In this document: one piece after another, positions 49,791 through 58,786 of the stretch
Layout of the letters: each line of letters opens with the position of its first letter
Position numbering within the stretch: position 1 is the stretch's first letter
Origin: an uncultured Spirochaetota bacterium
Lineage (GTDB): Bacteria; Spirochaetota; Brevinematia; Brevinematales; JAOACQ01
DNA: 64,000 nt
Reading direction: 5' to 3'
Assembly (NCBI GenBank): GCA_963768055.1
Contig: CAVYGN010000002.1
Coordinates: 1,760,001-1,824,000 of the forward strand
The notes under the pieces: model-generated
The model's input: the letters and a program-made list of their open reading frames with translations, nothing else
Told to the model about the DNA's origin: nothing
The model's database searches: none
Program-made: the position numbers and the translations under genes

Positions 49791-50951
49791 ATGAGTATGA
49801 AACTAATTCAATCGTTAATTGTTGCGGTTTGTCTTTTATCGGCGGGCCTGATGTATGCTGGGGAAGAAAATAACAGCCAGACAAACTACGTCGTTGTTCC
49901 CTTCAGCGTGACGATTTTCCCGATATGGGGAACCGGAATGAAGACTATCGACGATGCCCAGATTAATATCGGCGCCGGTTATTGCGATATGCTCGAGGGC
50001 CTGTCCATGGGCTTTGTCAACATAGTAGGAGAGGATGCAGTGGGCCTCGACTGCTCTCTTGTGGGGATTACAGGCCATAATTTCAACGGCGTGCAGTGCT
50101 CCCTTGTGACTTATACCGGGAATGACTTTTCCGGAGGACAATTCAGCCTGGTGAATATCGTTTCCGGAAATTTCTCGAAGGCGCAGTCAGGGCTGGTTAA
50201 TATTGTTGGAGGGAATTTTGAAGGATTCCAGGCCGGGCTTATGGATATTGTTGCGGGAGATTTTAAAGGCTTCCAGGCAGGCCTTGCAAATGTCAATCTG
50301 GGAAATTTCAACGGTTTCCAGGCAGGACTGGTTAATATTATGGGAGACGGATTTTCGGGTTTTCAGACCGGATTGGCCAATCTTGACATTTCATCTTTTA
50401 ACGGGCCGGAGATCGGACTTTTAAATATTAACATGGAAACGAGCGGCTTCCAGTTCGGGCTTATCAACTTTTCAAAGGGGCTGGACGGCGAAGCTATAGG
50501 GCTCATCAGTATCGTTTTAAGCAATGGACAAACCCATGGGCAGATCTACGTGGATGAAAACGGTTTCGGAAATATAGCGCTGATAAACGGTTCCAGGACA
50601 ATTTATAATATTTATACAGTCGGAATCGATCAAACCGGTACGTACTGGACGTATGGGCTCGGCCTGGGTTTGCATATACCTCTCGATCCTTTTTATATAA
50701 ATATGGAAATTATAGGCTCCAGCGTCAGTCATATTTCGGCATGGGACGGGAACAATACCCTCGGAAGATTCAGGGTTTATGCCGGATTCAGCATATTCGA
50801 ACACCTATCCATGATAGCAGGCCTTTCTCTGAACTACTACAGGAGCTGGAATGGAAATCCTGCGTATGTTTCCCCATTCTATAACTTAACTAAGACTCTT
50901 GCGAACGGCGACACATTATGGCCCGGGATTTTCGCGGGCGTAATGTTTTAA
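49791..50951 (+). CDS. Secreted surface-repeat (LA_2272-like) putative outer-membrane protein; paralog of the caspase C-terminal half
   Basis: Signal peptide, about 12 GFQAGLxN-type repeats, terminal FAGVMF; AAGGAG RBS. Confidence 0.82.
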   Translation: MSMKLIQSLIVAVCLLSAGLMYAGEENNSQTNYVVVPFSVTIFPIWGTGMKTIDDAQINIGAGYCDMLEGLSMGFVNIVGEDAVGLDCSLVGITGHNFNGVQCSLVTYTGNDFSGGQFSLVNIVSGNFSKAQSGLVNIVGGNFEGFQAGLMDIVAGDFKGFQAGLANVNLGNFNGFQAGLVNIMGDGFSGFQTGLANLDISSFNGPEIGLLNINMETSGFQFGLINFSKGLDGEAIGLISIVLSNGQTHGQIYVDENGFGNIALINGSRTIYNIYTVGIDQTGTYWTYGLGLGLHIPLDPFYINMEIIGSSVSHISAWDGNNTLGRFRVYAGFSIFEHLSMIAGLSLNYYRSWNGNPAYVSPFYNLTKTLANGDTLWPGIFAGVMF

Positions 50952-50981
50952 AATAACCTTCTGTATAGCCTCCATTCACAC

Positions 50982-51011
50982 GCCCAGCCCCTATAAAAGG
51001 GGCTGGGCTTT
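50982..51011 (+). terminator. Intrinsic terminator
   Basis: Perfect 11-bp stem GCCCAGCCCCT/AGGGGCTGGGC, 5-nt loop, then TTT. Confidence 0.8.
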
Positions 51012-51163
51012 AAATTTTGATGAATCTGCCTCTTCAAGTTAAAATAATAAAGGGATTTTAATTTATATCCGGAAGTAATTATGCAGAGATTCGTTTATAA
51101 GGGTTTTCAATGCGGAACAGCAATCTCCGGGTCCGTATCTCCAAGGGGAAAGAGGGGGCGAAT

Positions 51164-51970
51164 TTGAATATAGATTACGTACATGGCTATAATGAAAGGG
51201 AATCCGTCCGCCTGGAAGATCAGGCGAATTTCCTGAACAAGCTTCTTCACCATGATTCGATTTTTCCGAAAGATTCGATAGTTCTTGAAGCCGGCTGCGG
51301 CGTCGGGGCCCAGACAAAAATTGTCGCTCCAAAAAACCCGGATTCGAAATTCATTTCTATCGATATTTCAGAAACATCGCTGGCAAAAGCCGAATCGCTC
51401 ATAAAATCGCTTAATATTGAAAATGTGGAATTTCAAACCGGGGATATTTTCGATCTAAAATTTGATGACGGATTCTTCGATCATGTTTTTGTTTGCTTTG
51501 TCCTGGAACATCTTCCAAATCCGATCGATGCGTTAAAATCATTGAAGAGGGTGATAAAAAAAGGAGGAACGATTACTTTAATAGAAGGGGATCATGGCTC
51601 CGCTTATTTTTATCCCTACAGCCGGTATGCGCAGGAAGCAATAAATGCGCAGATAGAATTACAGGCGAAAAACGGCGGGAATGCATTGATCGGCAGACAG
51701 ATTTATCCATTGCTTTTATACTCAAATTTCAGGAATTGCAATGTGTCTCCGAGAACCGTATATGTCGATTCAAGTAAACCTGATTTTGTTGAAGGCTTTA
51801 CCAAAAATACATTTACGGCTATGATTGAAGGGATAAGAGATAAAGCTATATCCTCTTCAATAATTGATGAATTATCTTTTGAAAGGGGAATTAGAGATCT
51901 TCATAGAACAACCGAAATTGACGGGGTTTTTTGTTATACTTTTTTTAAGGGCGTCGGCTGCAATTTATAA
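51164..51970 (+). CDS. Class I SAM-dependent methyltransferase
   Basis: YVHGY, RLEDQA, LEAGCGVG, CFVLEHL, IEGDHGS; TTG 51164 preferred. Confidence 0.9.
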   Translation: MNIDYVHGYNERESVRLEDQANFLNKLLHHDSIFPKDSIVLEAGCGVGAQTKIVAPKNPDSKFISIDISETSLAKAESLIKSLNIENVEFQTGDIFDLKFDDGFFDHVFVCFVLEHLPNPIDALKSLKRVIKKGGTITLIEGDHGSAYFYPYSRYAQEAINAQIELQAKNGGNALIGRQIYPLLLYSNFRNCNVSPRTVYVDSSKPDFVEGFTKNTFTAMIEGIRDKAISSSIIDELSFERGIRDLHRTTEIDGVFCYTFFKGVGCNL

Positions 51971-51990
51971 TTAATTAATGGAGGTTTAAA

Positions 51991-52893
51991 TTGGGTATTA
52001 TGGCGAAAAATATAGAGACCAAAAAGAAATTTATTGAAAAACTTTACCAGTCGGGTGAAGAAAGAATGATCCATCTGCTTACCAATCAGTTTGAGTTAGT
52101 GGATGAAATGATCGGGATAACCGAGGGCGAAGATAGTGTGAAATTTGGATGGTTTTACCGCCTTATCATTAATCTCCTGACCAGCCTTGAAATGGATGAA
52201 GAAGAAGCCAGGAGCCATTATTTTAAAATTCTGGAAAACAAATATTACCTTTCAGAAAAGATGGGGAGGGACATCGGGATACGCGTAGCGGCGCTGGATT
52301 ATTTTCAAAACATTATTAAATCCCTGAAAAACCCGAAGATAATGGAGATCGCTTTTTTTGAACAAATTCTTAAACTTAGCAAAGAAGATCCGAAAACCGG
52401 ATGCTATAATTCCAAATTCATTTCCGAATTTGTCATTAAAGAACTAAAAAGAGCTAAAAGGCATAAATTGAAACTATCCCTGATCATGATCGATCTTGAC
52501 GACTTTAAGGATGTAAATGATAAATTGGGACATTTAGGAGGAGATAAAGTACTGAAGGAATTCAGCCATATCCTGTCAAACTCTGTCAGGGATGAAGATA
52601 TTATCGCCCGTTTTGGAGGAGATGAATTTATGATCGTACTGCCGCAAACAGGCCGTACAGGGGGCCGTAGCCTGGCTGAAAGAATAATTTCAAAATGCAA
52701 GGACTATTTCCATGATAAAAAAGATATTACCAATAAGATCGATATTACATTTTCCTGCGGTATTGCCACCTATCCCTATGATGCCCTGGATTATGAAGGC
52801 CTTGTAAAAGTAGCCGACAATGCCCTTTACAGCGCGAAACATCTAGGTAAAAACAGGATCTTTTATAATCCGGATAAGGAGGAACCGGCATAA
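51991..52893 (+). CDS. Diguanylate cyclase (GGDEF)
   Basis: DPKTG, IDLDDFKDVND..GH..GD, I-site RDED, RFGGDEF, ADNALYSAK. Confidence 0.93.
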   Translation: MGIMAKNIETKKKFIEKLYQSGEERMIHLLTNQFELVDEMIGITEGEDSVKFGWFYRLIINLLTSLEMDEEEARSHYFKILENKYYLSEKMGRDIGIRVAALDYFQNIIKSLKNPKIMEIAFFEQILKLSKEDPKTGCYNSKFISEFVIKELKRAKRHKLKLSLIMIDLDDFKDVNDKLGHLGGDKVLKEFSHILSNSVRDEDIIARFGGDEFMIVLPQTGRTGGRSLAERIISKCKDYFHDKKDITNKIDITFSCGIATYPYDALDYEGLVKVADNALYSAKHLGKNRIFYNPDKEEPA

Positions 52894-52903
52894 CTGATTC
52901 TCA

Positions 52904-53668
52904 ATGCGGCCGTTGGAGGAATTAATGACTAAAAAGCCTGATTATGGAATCGATGCTCCAAAAGTAATCGCTAACCTCACTATAGCCTTTGTTTCGATAA
53001 TATTAATCCAAATTGCAGCAGATGTCTTCATCCTCAAAGAGATCTCCCCCGCTTATATTATTATAAATCTGGTTTTAATAATTTCAGGATTAAGTTTTCT
53101 AATAACAATTATCAAAATGTTTTTAAGCAGCCTGGTTTACAAGATAAAAAACAGGGATATTGTATTGAACAAATTAGAAATTAAAGGTAATGAGAGAGTT
53201 TTAGATGTCGGATGCGGTTTGGGATTATATCTGATAGGGGCTGCAAAAAGATTATCAACAGGTCATATTACCGGAATTGATATCTGGCAGGCGGAGGACC
53301 TTTCAAAGAATAATAAAAGCAATACTGAAAAAAACATTAAAATTGAGAGCGTTGCAGGTAAAATCGACTTAATAACGGCGGATATGAGGGAAATGCCTTT
53401 TAAGGATGATTCTTTTGATATTCTGGTGAGCAGTTTCGCTATCCATAATCTTTATTCTGAAGTTGAAAGGAAAAAAGCCTTGCTGGAAATCATCAGGGTT
53501 GTTAAAAGCTCCGGTAAGATTTGTTTAATCGATTTTAGATATATCGACGAGTATAAAAATATCCTTGAACAACATGGCGCAAAAAAAATTATAATAGACA
53601 GGGCTAAAATGGTTTTTCCAGGCACAAAAGTATTATATGCGATAAATGTTAATAAATCTATCGAATGA
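52904..53668 (+). CDS. Membrane-associated class I SAM methyltransferase
   Basis: YGIDAP, two TMs, LDVGCGLG, GIDIW, ADMREMPF, AIHN. Confidence 0.9.
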   Translation: MRPLEELMTKKPDYGIDAPKVIANLTIAFVSIILIQIAADVFILKEISPAYIIINLVLIISGLSFLITIIKMFLSSLVYKIKNRDIVLNKLEIKGNERVLDVGCGLGLYLIGAAKRLSTGHITGIDIWQAEDLSKNNKSNTEKNIKIESVAGKIDLITADMREMPFKDDSFDILVSSFAIHNLYSEVERKKALLEIIRVVKSSGKICLIDFRYIDEYKNILEQHGAKKIIIDRAKMVFPGTKVLYAINVNKSIE

Positions 53669-53740
53669 ATTCATCAAAACCAGTGCGGGGGTGATCGGGA
53701 TTGTTTTCCCTGTGCTTGCAGAAAGCCGTCAGCGGCTGAA

Positions 53741-53769
53741 TTGACTTTTATCTCTATATTATCTAAATT
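53741..53769 (+). promoter_or_regulatory. Putative sigma70 promoter for the doxX-quinone operon
   Basis: TTGACT-17 nt-TAAATT. Confidence 0.4.
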
Positions 53770-53839
53770 AAATTGCTTATTAATATTTTTTTTCAATAGT
53801 AAAAGCAGGCCCTAATAATATAATTTAGAAGGAGGTTTT

Positions 53840-54232
53840 ATGAAGCCTTTTCTAGGGAAATTAGAGCCTTATATCTATTCCATTTTCAGGATCATAATAG
53901 GTTTCCTATTTTTTTGGCATGGCTCTATGAAATTGATCGGATTCCCATCGATGAGCGGGGGAATGCCTGCGTTTTTACTGTATACCAGCGGTTCAATCGA
54001 ATTTTTCGGGGGACTACTGATGATGTTCGGGCTTTTTGTCCCTATTATAGCTTTTATTGCATGCGGTGAAATGGCCTTCGCTTACTTTATGGCACACGCC
54101 CCTCACGCTTTACTTCCTATAATCAATCATGGCGAACCTGCAGTCTTATTCTGCTTTTCTTTTCTCTATATTTCGGCTAAGGGTTCGGGATTATGGAGTT
54201 TAGACACGCTGATTTTCAAAAGAAAAAAGTGA
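53840..54232 (+). CDS. DoxX family membrane protein
   Basis: RIIIGFLFFWHGSMKL, EFFGG, GEMAFAYFMAH, NHGE, GSGLWSLD. Confidence 0.92.
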   Translation: MKPFLGKLEPYIYSIFRIIIGFLFFWHGSMKLIGFPSMSGGMPAFLLYTSGSIEFFGGLLMMFGLFVPIIAFIACGEMAFAYFMAHAPHALLPIINHGEPAVLFCFSFLYISAKGSGLWSLDTLIFKRKK

Positions 54233-54263
54233 ATACGGGATAGTTCACAGGAAACGATAACAA

Positions 54264-55265
54264 ATGATAATTCAGGAATTTTACGAACAATATTGGGGCC
54301 GCATAGAAAATCGCTGTATGTCTATTTTAAATCAGGGGAACCCGCCCCCTTCGGTCAAAGAAATCGTTCTTTACAACTTTAAAAATCCCGGAAAACGCCT
54401 GAGACCTTATCTTTCTATGGGTTTATCGCTTTGTTTTAACCCGCGGATCGATGAAAGGGACCTTGATTTCGCGGCTTCTGTTGAACTCCTTCATAATGCA
54501 TCATTGATCCATGACGATCTTGAAGACCAGGATTTTTTGAGGCGCGGGGAGTTGAACATCTGGAAAAAGTTTTCACCGGTGCAGGCTATTAACACGGGAG
54601 ACCTTTTTTTCACAAAAGCGATTGAAATTATGCTTGTTTCGGAAATATCAGGGAATATCAAATTGGAATTAATAAGGAGGACTATAAAAGCGATAAATGA
54701 ACTTATTCATGGACAAATGCTAGAAATTTCGTTTCAGAACACTATAGATATGACCTGGAAGGATTGGGAAGATATTGCGGCTAAAAAAACCGGGGCATTA
54801 TTCCGATTAATATTCGAGGGCGTATTTCTTATTTCCGGGTTGAATATCAGTGATTATGCCGATGGATTCAGCAGTATTGGAAGATTGGTCGGAAATCTTT
54901 ACCAGATGCGTGATGATCTTCTGGATGCAATAGGCTTAAAAGAAGGCAGGCGTCAGGGCAGCGATATCCTGGAAGGGAAAATGACATGCCTGTCCATTAA
55001 AGCTATGGAAAAGGGCGATGAAAATTCCCGGTTGATCAGGGAAGCCCTTTTAAACCCGGGCCAGGAAGATCAGGAATCCCGGATCAACAGGTTAATAGAC
55101 ATGTATGAGGGCCAGGGAATTACCTTTGAATTATTACAGCAGTTTTCTATCCTTCTGGAAGAGTGCCGGAATCATCCGATAACAATTAATTTTCCCCGGA
55201 TAAAACCCGCTTTTAACGATTTCCTGGATCTGCTGGCAATAAAAGATAGAAAGGCAGAAGTATGA
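54264..55265 (+). CDS. Polyprenyl diphosphate synthase
   Basis: GKRLRP, ELLHNASLIHDDLED, RRG, GQ, KT, YQMRDDLLD. Confidence 0.93.
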   Translation: MIIQEFYEQYWGRIENRCMSILNQGNPPPSVKEIVLYNFKNPGKRLRPYLSMGLSLCFNPRIDERDLDFAASVELLHNASLIHDDLEDQDFLRRGELNIWKKFSPVQAINTGDLFFTKAIEIMLVSEISGNIKLELIRRTIKAINELIHGQMLEISFQNTIDMTWKDWEDIAAKKTGALFRLIFEGVFLISGLNISDYADGFSSIGRLVGNLYQMRDDLLDAIGLKEGRRQGSDILEGKMTCLSIKAMEKGDENSRLIREALLNPGQEDQESRINRLIDMYEGQGITFELLQQFSILLEECRNHPITINFPRIKPAFNDFLDLLAIKDRKAEV

Positions 55266-56173
55266 TTAATATTAAAGATCTTATGCTTGCGGTAAGATTG
55301 CCTTTTCTGACGGCCAGCGTTTTTCCGGTGATACTTTCAATAGTCTGGTGCGCCCTCGATGCAGGAAAATTTAATATATGGTATGCATTGTTATCTATAT
55401 TAGGAGTAATTTTAGTCCTTTTCGGAGCAAATACTATTAACGATTATTCCGACTGGAATTTTTCAGACGCATCGAATCCTAATTCAAGTCCTTTCAATGG
55501 CGGGACCCGGAGCAAAATTGAGAACAGGGTCCCCAGAGGCCTTTTTCTCGTGATTGCATTGGTTTGCGCTGCCATCCTTGCCTTGATTGCTTTGGCTTTT
55601 ATAACAACGGGCCGGTTTTTTGTTTTATATTTTTCCCTTGCAGGTTTACTTTTTGGATATCTATATTCCTCTCCGCCGTTTAGACTGCATTCGAAGGGAT
55701 TAGGCGAACTCGTTATATTCCTGGCCTATGGCCCGATTTTAAGCGCGGCAGTATGCTACGTGATGACCGGTCTTATTAGCCCTCAGCATTTTTTTATCGG
55801 CTTGCCGGCGGGAATTTCAACCGTTTCAATTTTATGGATCAATCAGTTTCCAGATTATAATCCGGATAAGGACGCGGGTAAGAAAAACCTCACTGTAAGG
55901 CTCGGATTAAAAGCATCCAGGTATTTTTATGTATTTTTGATTTTTTCGGTTTACCTGTCGGTTGCCTTTTTAATATATTTTCATCTTTATCCGATCTGGA
56001 CGGGAATGGTAATCGTTCTCATTCCGGGAAGCATAAAAGCAATCGGAATTCTATTTAAAAATTATCAGGATCCGAAAAAACTTCTTCCCGCTCAGGGTTT
56101 CACGATCCGGTTTCAGTTGTTGATTGTTTTACTTATAACAATCGGTTTGATCATGGGGCACTGGATTTATTAA
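55262..56173 (+). CDS. menA: UbiA-family prenyltransferase, MenA-like (DHNA prenyltransferase)
   Basis: RLPFLTAS, NTINDYSD, PFNGG, YSSPP..GLGE, NQFPDYNPD..GKKNLTVRLG. Confidence 0.8.
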   Translation: MINIKDLMLAVRLPFLTASVFPVILSIVWCALDAGKFNIWYALLSILGVILVLFGANTINDYSDWNFSDASNPNSSPFNGGTRSKIENRVPRGLFLVIALVCAAILALIALAFITTGRFFVLYFSLAGLLFGYLYSSPPFRLHSKGLGELVIFLAYGPILSAAVCYVMTGLISPQHFFIGLPAGISTVSILWINQFPDYNPDKDAGKKNLTVRLGLKASRYFYVFLIFSVYLSVAFLIYFHLYPIWTGMVIVLIPGSIKAIGILFKNYQDPKKLLPAQGFTIRFQLLIVLLITIGLIMGHWIY

Positions 56174-56195
56174 ATATTTTGATAAGGATGGGATT

Positions 56196-57344
56196 ATGAA
56201 AATTATTATTGTCGGAGCAGGATTCGCCGGGATCGAATGCGCTAAAAAACTTGGCCCTTTAAAAGGGCATGAAGTAACCTTATTCAATAAGACCGACCAC
56301 ACAACGATGATTCCCTCCCTGCCGGATGTGGCTGGAGGCCGGGTCGATAAAAAATATGTCATTGAAAAAATCGTTAATCTTATCCCGAAAAACATCCTGT
56401 TTAAAGTCGAGACAATCACTTCCATCGATCTGGACATAAAGGAAGTTCGTTCGGCAAAAAATATTTATAAGTATGATTTATTAGTCCTTGCTGAAGGCGC
56501 GGAAGTCAACTATTACGGGTTCAATCAGAATCTGGACAAAGTATATACGCTTGAGAACGTTGAAGACGCCTTGAAAATAAACCGGGAAATCTTAAAAAAA
56601 GCGGAGAACGGCAAACTGAAGAATGTGGTTATCTCCGGTTCGGGTTTTACGGGCCTTGAGGTGGGAGCCAATCTGCATACGGCATTAAAAGCTTATCCTG
56701 AAATCAGCATTCGGTTTATAGAAAAAACAGATACGATTCTCTCGCCGCAGGAACCGGTTTTCGCAGCCTATTTGAAAAAAGAATTCGAAAAATTAGGGTT
56801 TCACTTTCATATGAAAGACATTATTAAGAATTTTGACGGTAATAAAGTTGTCCTTGGAAGCGGCTTGGAATTTGAGCAGGCTGTCTTAATCTGGACCAGC
56901 GGACTTAAGAGGGCAGTTAACATTACCGGCAGTATAAAAGAATTGCCTAACGGCAGGCTTATCGTCAATGAGGATTTGAGACTCCCCGATTATGGCGATG
57001 TTTTCGCGATCGGGGATTGTTCCGCTTTTCAATACAAAGGCAAATACCTCAGGATGGGAGTGGATTTCGCTGATAAGATGGGTTCTCTTACCGGGGAAAA
57101 TATAAAAAGGCATGTCCTGGGAATTCCGTTAAAAAATTACAAACCTTTTGATCTGGGCTGGATACTGCCGGTAAATTATACAAGCGCCGGCGTTCTTTTA
57201 ATAATCAGGATAAAAGGGAGAATCGGTATCCTGATGCATTTTATGATAATAGCGTTGAAAAATTACAACCTTACCAATTTTTTCGCTTATCTAGGTTATG
57301 CAATCAAATTCTTTTTTACCGGAAAGTTTTATAGAAAAGGATAA
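56196..57344 (+). CDS. Type II NADH dehydrogenase-like FAD oxidoreductase
   Basis: GAGFAG, YDLLVLAEG, GSGFTGLE, IWTSG, FAIGD; hydrophobic C-terminus. Confidence 0.82.
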   Translation: MKIIIVGAGFAGIECAKKLGPLKGHEVTLFNKTDHTTMIPSLPDVAGGRVDKKYVIEKIVNLIPKNILFKVETITSIDLDIKEVRSAKNIYKYDLLVLAEGAEVNYYGFNQNLDKVYTLENVEDALKINREILKKAENGKLKNVVISGSGFTGLEVGANLHTALKAYPEISIRFIEKTDTILSPQEPVFAAYLKKEFEKLGFHFHMKDIIKNFDGNKVVLGSGLEFEQAVLIWTSGLKRAVNITGSIKELPNGRLIVNEDLRLPDYGDVFAIGDCSAFQYKGKYLRMGVDFADKMGSLTGENIKRHVLGIPLKNYKPFDLGWILPVNYTSAGVLLIIRIKGRIGILMHFMIIALKNYNLTNFFAYLGYAIKFFFTGKFYRKG

Positions 57345-57391
57345 TTGGTGACCAGAGAAGGCTACCTGAATGCGGAAAAGTAGTCTCTGCT

Positions 57392-58771
57392 TCATTCCTT
57401 TATGTATTTTGAAAGAAATTCCAGCAGCCCTTTCAAATCGATACTTTTTGAATAAGCGTCAAGCCTGGAAATAAAAGGCTCCGATTCGGGATGATCGGGC
57501 CCGGCATCTTTAATATATTTACGGATGCCCATAATATCGCCGGATTTTGCAAGGCGGTATAACATTTTAAGGGCATCATGGGCTGGAGGGGTAAGCTTGC
57601 CGGCCGGCGGGGCCTTTTCAAACGAACTGCCGCCGCTTAAAGTACCGGGTGTTGTCAATTCATTGTTTTGAATATCAAAAACAAGGTCAAACCAGAAAGT
57701 GCTGCCTTTTCCCTGCTTGCTTTTCACAAAGAGGTCGCCCCCCTGCATTTTCACAAGATTCCTGCTGATCGAAAGGCCTAAACCGGTTCCTTTGGATTTA
57801 CCCGTACTGTTATTCAGCTGATGGAACGAATTGAAGATATTCTCCAGTTCGTTTGAGGGAATTCCAATCCCGCTGTCTTCGATCTCAAAGCGAATTTTAA
57901 TCCGGTTAGGTTCCTCCATCGGCACCGTTTTAAGGTTGAAATTAACATAGCCTTTCTGCGTAAATTTTACAGCGTTTGACAGGAGGTTTAAAAGAATCTG
58001 CCTCAGCTTTGTTTCGTCTCCGATCACTTTTATGGGTAATTTTGAAGCGGAGCTGAATCGAAATAAAATATTTTTTTCATTCGATTGAATACTGATGGTT
58101 TTAGAAATATTTTCAAGGAATTCGGGAAAATTAAATTGCTTTTTTTCAATTTCCATCTTGCCGGCTTCGATTTTCGATAAATCAAGCAAATCGTTGATCA
58201 ATGCCAATAATTGCCTGCCGCTTTTTCCCATGACTTCAAGGTAATCGAGCTGCTGATCCGTCAGATCCCCCCCTTTTTGAAAAATCTGGATATAACCTAA
58301 AATCGAGTTGAGCGGAGTCCGGAGTTCATGGCTAACATTGGCCAGAAATTCGCTTTTGGCCTGGTTAGCCTTCAATAATTCGTTGTTTTTCTCGATCAAT
58401 CTCAAATATAAATTGATTTTGTTGATAAACTGGTCTTCCTGTATAGGCTTCGTAATATAATCCACCGCGCCGATCCTGTACCCCATGTTCTCGAATGAAT
58501 CTGTTTTGTATTCCGCGGTTAAGAAAATAATAGGGATGTTTTCAGTTTTCTTCCTTTGTTTTATCAATGTTGCGGTTTCAAAACCGTTCATTTCCGGCAT
58601 TTGTACATCGAGAATGATCAGGTCGACCTCCATTTTTAAAAGCTTCAGGAGCGCATCTTTCCCGGAATTAGACTCTATTATATTGCAATTGAGGTGGGTA
58701 TTTAAAATGGTTTTTAAAGTCAACAGATTGTTTGCATTATCGTCAACGATAAGGATATTGGCGCTGATCAT
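57392..58771 (-). CDS. Receiver-histidine kinase hybrid
   Basis: ILIVDD, LDVQMP, KP; FLANVSHELRTPL; NLLSNAVKF, DSGIG, GTGLGL. Confidence 0.94.
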   Translation of the reverse strand: MISANILIVDDNANNLLTLKTILNTHLNCNIIESNSGKDALLKLLKMEVDLIILDVQMPEMNGFETATLIKQRKKTENIPIIFLTAEYKTDSFENMGYRIGAVDYITKPIQEDQFINKINLYLRLIEKNNELLKANQAKSEFLANVSHELRTPLNSILGYIQIFQKGGDLTDQQLDYLEVMGKSGRQLLALINDLLDLSKIEAGKMEIEKKQFNFPEFLENISKTISIQSNEKNILFRFSSASKLPIKVIGDETKLRQILLNLLSNAVKFTQKGYVNFNLKTVPMEEPNRIKIRFEIEDSGIGIPSNELENIFNSFHQLNNSTGKSKGTGLGLSISRNLVKMQGGDLFVKSKQGKGSTFWFDLVFDIQNNELTTPGTLSGGSSFEKAPPAGKLTPPAHDALKMLYRLAKSGDIMGIRKYIKDAGPDHPESEPFISRLDAYSKSIDLKGLLEFLSKYIKE

Positions 58772-58786
58772 CCGGATATTTCCCTT

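Larger units (their letters stand above)
48704..50951 (+). repeat. Tandem paralogous duplication: 48704-49726 vs 49884-50951
   Basis: Shared NIGAGYCD, FNGPEIGLLNIN, NIALINGSRT, GTYWTYGLGLGLHIP, AWDGNNTLGRFRVYAGFSIFEHLS, LWPGIFAG. Confidence 0.9.

Noticed and set aside
53680..53740. Minus-strand GCACAGGGAAAAC resembling the start of a c-di-GMP-I riboswitch, near a GGDEF gene
   Set aside because: Lacks the GNRA-capped P2 and GACGCAAAGC core, and is oriented away from doxX.
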